NCBI GenBank assembly: GCA_964552045.1
Contig: CAZKFF010000001.1
Span: 120-64,119, forward strand
Reading direction: 5' to 3'
Source of the DNA: an uncultured Candidatus Saccharibacteria bacterium
GTDB taxonomy: Bacteria; Patescibacteriota; Minisyncoccia; Phycocordibacterales; UBA918
Length of the DNA stretch: 64,000 nt
This document shows positions 58,501-64,000 of the stretch, in pieces; the stretch's first letter is position 1; every line of letters starts with the position of its first letter. The position numbers and the translations under genes are program-made. The notes under the pieces were generated by a model that did not search any database, was not told the DNA's origin, and saw nothing but the letters and a program-made list of their open reading frames with translations.

Positions 58501-59242
58501 CGCCAGCCTTTTCGCGCTGGGCCTCAAGTTCTTCCTTCAGTTTAGTGAGATCAATGTTCTTGAAGAGCTCGTAGATGGACTCTGCACCGATCTTCGCCTC
58601 AAAGAGCGTCGAATATTTCACTGAGAACTTGTGGAATGAGGTCTCGTCGAGAACGGTACCCTGCGTGAGACTCTCGATCTCGTTCTTTGTCTCGGTCATG
58701 CGTGTCTTCAGTGCCTCGCGAGCTTCTTCGTTCTGCAATTCCTTGAGCTTTGATTTGTACTCAGTATCGAGCTCTTTCAGAAGACGTGCACGCTCCTCTT
58801 CTGAAACTTTCGTGACAATGTATCCTGCAAAGTAGATGACCTTCTCGACGGAAGCTGCGGTGATGCCGAGGATCAATGCAATACGGCTTGGCACGCCGCG
58901 CAAGAACCAGATGTGTGAGACCGGTACGCAGAGCTCAATGTGACCCATGCGTTCGCGACGGACGATAGCGCGAGTGACTTCAACACCGCACTTCTCACAG
59001 ACGATACCCTTGTAGCGGATGCCGCGGTACTTCTTACACGAACATTCGTAGTCCTCAACAGGTCCAAAGATGCGCTCGTCGAACAGGCCGTGCTTTTCAG
59101 GGCGCTGCGTTCGGTAGTTGATGGTCTCCGGCTTGGTGACCTCGCCATATGACCACTCAAGGATCTTGTCAGGCGATGCGAGCTTGAGGCTCACTTCGCT
59201 GAATTGAGTGGGGGTTCCTCGTTTTTGTGTATTTGGATTCAT
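55583..59242 (-). CDS. rpoC: DNA-directed RNA polymerase subunit beta'
   Basis: 1219 aa. NADFDGD catalytic motif, zinc-binding Cys clusters, overall collinearity. Confidence 0.95.
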   Translation of the reverse strand: MNPNTQKRGTPTQFSEVSLKLASPDKILEWSYGEVTKPETINYRTQRPEKHGLFDERIFGPVEDYECSCKKYRGIRYKGIVCEKCGVEVTRAIVRRERMGHIELCVPVSHIWFLRGVPSRIALILGITAASVEKVIYFAGYIVTKVSEEERARLLKELDTEYKSKLKELQNEEAREALKTRMTETKNEIESLTQGTVLDETSFHKFSVKYSTLFEAKIGAESIYELFKNIDLTKLKEELEAQREKAGVADRAKLDKRLNLIRGMIHSGVRPEWMFLNRIPVIPPALRPMVALEGGRHASSDLNDLYRRVINRNNRLKKLIDIMAPDVILRNEKRILQEAVDALIDNSIRHGNTAYSAMSQAQRRPLKSLSDYLKSKQGYFRQNLLGKRVDYSGRSVIVIGPDLELDQCGLPKHMALELFRPFVISKLLRQELAYNIRGAGRLIEDGVPEVWAILEEVISSKHVLLNRAPTLHRQGIQAFRPVLIEGNAIQVHPLVCKAFNADFDGDQMAVHVPLSDEAQMEAREIISANKNVLKPGSSEPVVSESLMDMALGSFWMTKIIEGAKGENKFFASPNDAINAYDYGIVDFRAKIKVLATNTPKYAQFEGQLFETSVGRLLFNSVLPSDHAYINQLVTQRDLFGVVLDLIDDQGVDVVPSVVNKIKKFGFKYATVSGTTWGIDEVIVPKEKQQIIADAREEERAIIEHFEQGLLSRDERRRMIIEIWHRTKSSLEEVIPDRMNPNGSAYDLWKSGARGSMRQIAQMIGMKGLIVNTRGETLEFPVISSMKEGMSPIEYFITTHGSRKGLADTALQTAKAGYLTRRLFVVAQDAIVTEADCKTKEGVSIGRLSASGIQIAFSKAIKGRVLAADVVDQDGTILFKKGHMLTRRDALAVEGSTAASVVVRSPMTCNTLRGVCQQCYGVDLTTNALVDIGEAVGTVAAQAIGEPGTQLTMNTKHAGGTSAVGGDVTQGLPRVEEVFEKRLPKNPAVISKTDGFVSEIRTEGKEKIIVVVPAKDSKYAPKKSDIIEYEANYRRTVIVSKGENVKAGQLLTDGSAYLPDMFKYGTKEQTQEYIISEINKIYELQGVTIARKHIELIVKQMMSRVKITNSGDSHFTPGEVVEEWIFVEANNALAAEGKDPAKASKLIMGITESSLSRKSFLSAASFQNTTRVLINAAVKGSNDNLAGLMENVIIGKLIPAGTGFKGSQKSQMIEDVQKEG

Positions 59243-59264
59243 ACTTTTTACTTTCTATTGAGGA

Positions 59265-62200
59265 CTAATAATTTCGTTCTTCATGCTCTTCCCGCTTCAG
59301 ATCGACATCAAGCGAGAGTCCGCGGAGCTGATTAACAAGCACATTGAATGCAGCCGGCGTGTGCGGATGCGCGATCTTCTCGCCGCGCACGATCGCATCG
59401 AATGCTGCTGAACGTCCAACAATATCGTCTGACTTGATGGTGAGCATTTCGCGAAGCGTATACGCCGCTCCATATCCGAGCAATGCCCATACTTCCATTT
59501 CTCCGAATCGCTGACCGCCGATCTGTGCCTTACCTCCGAGCGGCTGCTGGGTAATAAGCGAGTAGGGGCCGATAGATCGCATGTGGATCTTGTCCTCCAC
59601 CATGTGATGGAGCTTGAGGATATACATGTAGCCCACTGCTGTACGCTGCTCGAACTCCTCACCGGTACGTCCGTCGCGGAGCTGGATCTTTCCGTCTTCC
59701 GGAATGCCTGCTTCTGCGAGCTCTGCCTTGATCTCGGCTTCAGTTGCCGATGCAAATGGCGGCACGATCGCCTGATAACCGAGCGTATTTGCTGCCATAC
59801 CGAGGTGAAGCTCAAGGATCTGCCCGAGGTTCATACGTGACGGAACTCCCAGCGGGGTGAGAATGATATCCACCGGACGTCCGTCTTCCATGTATGGCAT
59901 ATCTTCTTCAGGAAGTATACGTGAGATGACTCCCTTGTTACCGTGTCGTCCTGCGAGCTTGTCTCCCACGGAGACATTACGCACCTGTGCGATCGTGATA
60001 TGGATCTTCTTGATGACACCGCTTTCGAGCTGGTCGCCGTTTTCGCGCGAGAATATCTTGACGCCGATGACGCGGCCGCGCTTTCCTGCCTCAAGGCGCA
60101 GTGAAGAATCCTTTACATCCTTCGCCTTCTCTCCGAAGATAGAACGCAAAAGCCGCTCTTCTGGAGTAAGCTGCGCTTCTCCCTTCGGCGTTACTTTACC
60201 GACGAGGATATCGCCGGGACGAACTTCAGCGCCGATGCGGATGATGCCGTTCTCATCAAGGTTGCGAAGTTTCAGTTCGCTCACGTTCGGAATGTCTGGA
60301 GTGGTGACTTCAGGTCCAAGCTTCGTGTCACGTACGGAGACATCGAGTTCATCGAGGTGGATCGTTGCAAACTTGCTGTTCTTAACGAGACGCTCAGAGA
60401 TGATGATCGCGTCTTCGTAGTTGGCGCCGTTCCAGCTCATGAATGCGACGAGCGCATTCTGTCCGACCGCCATCTGTCCCTGGTCTGTCGATGAGGTGTC
60501 AGCAAGCAGATCGCCGCGCTTTACCTTCTGTCCGACTGTCACTGCTGCCCGGTGATAGAATGCCGAGAAGTCGTTGGTACGCTGGAATGTGGTGAGCTCA
60601 TACTCATGCTTCTTCCCTTCCTTATTCTTGACCACAATATGTCGCGCATCAGCTTCGACAACCTCTCCTGCTTCTGCAGCGATGATAACGCGTCCGGTGT
60701 CCTTTGCGGCCATGCCTTCAATACCTGTTGCTACAATTGGCGCCTCAGGCACGATGCACGGAGTCGCCTGCTTCTGCATGTTCGAACCCATGAGCGTACG
60801 GTTCGCGTCGTCGTGATTGAGGAACGGGATCATCGAGGTTGCCACAGAAAATGCCTGGTTGGTTGCAATATCCATGTAGTCGACCTCCTTGCGTGAAGCA
60901 AGGAGCGGCTCGCCGTTTCGTCGTGCTTCGACGATGTCAGGCTTGATCTTCCCCTTTTCATCCACCTCTACCGCAGCATGGGCAATGACAAAGCCTTCTT
61001 CTTCATGCGCATTGAGATACACCACCTCTCCGGTAAGTACGCCCTTTTCAACCTTCACATACGGGGTCTCGATGATACCGAAGCGGTTCACGCGTGCGTA
61101 CATCGAAAGACGCAGGATCAGACCGATGTTTGGTCCTTCCGGCGTATGGATCGGACAGAGTCGTCCGTAGTGGCTTGGATGCACGTCGCGCACCTCAAAG
61201 CCGGCGCGCTCGCGCGTGAGTCCGCCTGGTCCAAGTGCTGAGAGCGTACGGAGTCCTTCGAGCTCTGCGAGGATGTTCTGCTGTGGCATGAACTGTGAGA
61301 GCTGGTTGGTAGTGAAGAATTCCTTGATCGCAGCCTGGAGCGGTCGCGGATTGATGATCTGCATTGGAAGCGATGTCTCTGCCTCGATCGTGGACATGCG
61401 GTCCTGGATATTTCGCTTCATGCGGGTCATACCGACGCGGACGCGCTGCTGGAGCATTTCGCCGAAGTAGCGAACACGACGGAAGCCGAGGTGGTCGATG
61501 TCATCAGGCTGGGCTCCAGGCTCATGATTGAGCTTGATGATGTTCGAGATGATCAGACGCAAATCCTCAAGCGTGATCGTACGTTCGTCTGTGGCCTTCT
61601 TGTCCGTTGGACGTCCATTGCGCTCATTGAAATGATGCCGTCCGATCTCTGAGAGATCGTAACGGTCAGCCGAGAAGATCGAGTTCACGAACTCGCGCGC
61701 ATTCTCGACGGTCGCAAGGTCCCCGTCGCGGAGACGCTTATATATCTCGATGTATGCATCCTCAACCGTCTTCGACGGATCCTTCGCAAGGGTGGCCTTT
61801 ATGTATTCGCTCCCCCGCTCCACGTCCTTGAAGAGGTTCACCATCTCCTTTTCATCGCTCAATCCGAATACCCGGAGGAGTGAGGTCACCGGGATCTTCT
61901 TCTTGCGGTCGATCTTGATGTAGATGACTCCATCATGCTCAGACTCGATCTCAACCCATGCGCCGCGTGCCGGGATGATCTTGGCGCCGAAGTAGGTGCG
62001 GCCTTTCAGTTCCTGTGCAGTGAAGAATACACCGTACGAACGCGCGAGCTGCGGTACGATGACACGCTCCACGCCATTGATGATGAATGTGCCATGTTCG
62101 GTCATGACTGGAATATCTGTCATGAAGATCTCCTGGTCCTTTTCGCTTTCAAATGTCTTGTTCTTCAGGACCACCGTCGCACGCAACGGAGCATCGTACG

Positions 62201-62477
62201 TGAGCTTATTCTCCTTAGCGTATGCAGGCGTGCACTTCGGATTTCCGAGTTCGTATTTCTTGAACTTGAGTTCGAACTTCTTGTCAGAATAATCGGCGAT
62301 AGGAGAAAACTCCTGGAAGATCTGCTTGAGTCCTTCCTCCACGAACCACTTGAACGATTCACGCTGCGGCTCAATAAGGTCCGGCAGGTCAACGAGCGGA
62401 TCCTTCGCGAGCTTGAATCGCTTCTGGGGCATCGCTCCCACAGAAGCGTACTCCTCTGCCTTTGGCTTGGTATTCAT
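59265..62477 (-). CDS. rpoB: DNA-directed RNA polymerase subunit beta
   Basis: 1070 aa. Conserved rif-region and catalytic segments. Ends 22 nt upstream of rpoC. Confidence 0.95.
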   Translation of the reverse strand: MNTKPKAEEYASVGAMPQKRFKLAKDPLVDLPDLIEPQRESFKWFVEEGLKQIFQEFSPIADYSDKKFELKFKKYELGNPKCTPAYAKENKLTYDAPLRATVVLKNKTFESEKDQEIFMTDIPVMTEHGTFIINGVERVIVPQLARSYGVFFTAQELKGRTYFGAKIIPARGAWVEIESEHDGVIYIKIDRKKKIPVTSLLRVFGLSDEKEMVNLFKDVERGSEYIKATLAKDPSKTVEDAYIEIYKRLRDGDLATVENAREFVNSIFSADRYDLSEIGRHHFNERNGRPTDKKATDERTITLEDLRLIISNIIKLNHEPGAQPDDIDHLGFRRVRYFGEMLQQRVRVGMTRMKRNIQDRMSTIEAETSLPMQIINPRPLQAAIKEFFTTNQLSQFMPQQNILAELEGLRTLSALGPGGLTRERAGFEVRDVHPSHYGRLCPIHTPEGPNIGLILRLSMYARVNRFGIIETPYVKVEKGVLTGEVVYLNAHEEEGFVIAHAAVEVDEKGKIKPDIVEARRNGEPLLASRKEVDYMDIATNQAFSVATSMIPFLNHDDANRTLMGSNMQKQATPCIVPEAPIVATGIEGMAAKDTGRVIIAAEAGEVVEADARHIVVKNKEGKKHEYELTTFQRTNDFSAFYHRAAVTVGQKVKRGDLLADTSSTDQGQMAVGQNALVAFMSWNGANYEDAIIISERLVKNSKFATIHLDELDVSVRDTKLGPEVTTPDIPNVSELKLRNLDENGIIRIGAEVRPGDILVGKVTPKGEAQLTPEERLLRSIFGEKAKDVKDSSLRLEAGKRGRVIGVKIFSRENGDQLESGVIKKIHITIAQVRNVSVGDKLAGRHGNKGVISRILPEEDMPYMEDGRPVDIILTPLGVPSRMNLGQILELHLGMAANTLGYQAIVPPFASATEAEIKAELAEAGIPEDGKIQLRDGRTGEEFEQRTAVGYMYILKLHHMVEDKIHMRSIGPYSLITQQPLGGKAQIGGQRFGEMEVWALLGYGAAYTLREMLTIKSDDIVGRSAAFDAIVRGEKIAHPHTPAAFNVLVNQLRGLSLDVDLKREEHEERNY

Positions 62478-62518
62478 AACTATGACTACGAATGATTATT
62501 CGGCAATACAAAACACAA

Positions 62519-62560
62519 AAACCACGCACGGTGCGTGTTCATTCTTGTATTTATTTTTGC
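62519..62560 (-). promoter_or_regulatory. hairpin plus U-tract in the rpoB 5' leader; candidate attenuator
   Basis: The minus strand reads gaacacgcaccgtgcgtggtttttgtgttttg about 50 nt upstream of the rpoB ATG. Confidence 0.35.
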
Positions 62561-62786
62561 ACGGTTACTAATGGCATCACGTACGTGATTGATGTTTGTA
62601 AAAACGGTCTCTTGCGAAAGTGTTCCCGCACTTTCTCACGTCGCTTTTACTCCCTCCTTTGAAGCGGCTGTACCGCTTTTTCCCAACCCTGCATCTAGCA
62701 ATCGTAACTCACTCCTTAGATTTGCGTTGTGGGCGGCATTGTACAGAATTTATCAAAAACAGTCAATGGGTCTTGTTGTACACGAC

Positions 62787-62813
62787 ACAAAAACCTGCAT
62801 TGCTGCAGGTTTT
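62787..62813 (-). terminator. terminator hairpin downstream of the 62850..63320 gene (aaacctgca-ttgc-tgcaggttt)
   Basis: 9-bp stem with T-runs on both strands. An AT-rich agtaaat repeat tract follows at 62818-62848. Confidence 0.5.
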
Positions 62814-62849
62814 TGCTCTTCTATATATAGTAAATAGTAAATATAGTAA

Positions 62850-63320
62850 TTACTTGAGCAATCTGATCTTGCCGATCACCGGCAATTCCTTCATCTGACC
62901 CTGCGCAGCGTTGATGATGCCGAGTATGGCGAGCACCAAAAATGCGAGGTTAAGAAGCGGCAGGAGGAATACACCCATCATGTAGAGGATCATGACAAGC
63001 ATGTTTCCGACCACGTAGAGCGCCACCCAGCCGATAAGCAAAATAAGCTGCTGGTTCGCATGGAAACGGGCAAATGCATTATTCTTTGATGACTCCTGCA
63101 GAAGCGGCAAGAAGAAGAGGAACGGCAGGATATACCCCAATATCGCATAGAGCTTGTGATCCCCGACTTCATCGTTCTGTGCAGTCTCTGCTGCGGGAGC
63201 AGTTTCTGCAGAGGCTGCAGCTGCCGTAGCAGCAGCTTGTGTGTCCATAGTGCTCTGGTCCTGTGTTCCTTCTGCCTGTGGAGCTGTCGTCGGCTCCATA
63301 GAATCTCCTTGATCGTCCAT
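62850..63320 (-). CDS. DUF4870-like membrane protein with an acidic, low-complexity N-terminus
   Basis: YAILGYILPFLFFLPLL...FARFHANQQLILLI matches the DUF4870 core (FHANQAL). Confidence 0.55.
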   Translation of the reverse strand: MDDQGDSMEPTTAPQAEGTQDQSTMDTQAAATAAAASAETAPAAETAQNDEVGDHKLYAILGYILPFLFFLPLLQESSKNNAFARFHANQQLILLIGWVALYVVGNMLVMILYMMGVFLLPLLNLAFLVLAILGIINAAQGQMKELPVIGKIRLLK

Positions 63321-63379
63321 GATATATGAATTTAAACTGTGTAATTACTGAAAATCTAAACTGTACATATTCTAGCACA

Positions 63380-64000
63380 TCAGTTCTTGTTGTCCTGCCG
63401 ATATTTCTCTATCTGTGCATGGTGCCCTGAGAGAAATACTTTCGGAACAGGATATTTTTTCCCTTTGTACATAAAATGCTCAGGACGGGTATACATTTCC
63501 CCGCTAGATACCCGTGCCTCTTCGCGCGACTCGAACGTACCCAACACCCCGGGGATCTGCCGGGACACGCTGTCGATGATACACAGCGCCGGCAGCTCTC
63601 CACCGGTGAGCACAGAGTCTCCCACTGAAACCTCCTCAGCCTTGAGGATCTTTTTTACGCGCGAGTCGATCCCCTCATATCGTCCTGAGATAAGGACAAG
63701 GTGTTCGTACTTCTCTGTCAACTTCTTCGCCATAGTTGTGTCAAATTTCTTCCCGCGTGGAGACATGATGAGGGTCTTTATTTTCGTGTGGTCTTTCCTG
63801 CGTCCAACGGCTTTTTCCCAGGCCCGCAATATCGGTTCAGCGTACATGACCATGCCCGGCCCCCCTCCATACGGTTTGTCATCCACCTTCTTATGCTTGT
63901 TCTTTGAGAAGTCTCGAGGGTTGTAATACGACACTGCTATTTTTTTGCCGCGTATCTTTGCCCCTTTACCCTTGTCGGTTTTCTGCGCGCGGCCCAAAAC
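63380..64000 (-). CDS. trmD: tRNA (guanine37-N1)-methyltransferase, N-terminally truncated by the window edge
   Basis: VDDKPYGGGPGMVM...LISGRYEGIDSRV matches the TrmD core. The ORF runs to the end of the window. Confidence 0.8.
   Translation of the reverse strand, partial: VLGRAQKTDKGKGAKIRGKKIAVSYYNPRDFSKNKHKKVDDKPYGGGPGMVMYAEPILRAWEKAVGRRKDHTKIKTLIMSPRGKKFDTTMAKKLTEKYEHLVLISGRYEGIDSRVKKILKAEEVSVGDSVLTGGELPALCIIDSVSRQIPGVLGTFESREEARVSSGEMYTRPEHFMYKGKKYPVPKVFLSGHHAQIEKYRQDNKN

Noticed and set aside
1-64000. CRISPR arrays, rRNA and tRNA genes
   Set aside because: No regularly spaced direct repeats. No 16S/23S/5S signature strings (for example GTGCCAGCAGCCGCGGTAA). No cloverleaf-compatible GGTTCGAATCC-type T-arms seen in intergenic regions.

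Overview
This 64-kb window is a compact bacterial chromosomal segment with roughly 50-58% GC over most of its length and genes on both strands. The left end, about 1 to 4750, is clearly AT-richer by eye and looks like a horizontally acquired defence island. It holds a type II restriction-modification module: a small XRE-type HTH controller-like gene, a putative REase directly downstream of it, and a convergent gamma-class N6-adenine methyltransferase with a fused HsdS-like target-recognition domain. Next to it is an overlapping two-gene operon of unknown function (3006..4728, minus strand). The island is followed by about 1.4 kb of ORF-free sequence that is GC-rich and full of hairpins (4729..6122), carrying two intrinsic terminators and a long inverted repeat. 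The remainder is housekeeping and accessory chromosome. It contains rpoB-rpoC, dnaG-rpoD, hisS, uppP, truB, prmC, trmD (truncated at the window edge), class I fba, and an unannotated non-zinc bL33 gene. It also has a GH15/GH57/GT4 alpha-glucan cluster, an ABC-2 exporter, two two-component systems, a UvrD-RecB-nuclease fusion and a DEAD-box helicase. A group of general-stress-type genes is present (YdaD-like SDR, KGG protein, ChaB, DUF892, ClpP-like). There are an orphan Mu Gam-like protein and many secreted or membrane proteins. Many six-frame ORFs are over-extended at the N-terminus or are shadow ORFs on the strand opposite real genes. No rRNA, tRNA or CRISPR array was recognised. All calls rest on motif recognition by eye; no searches were run.
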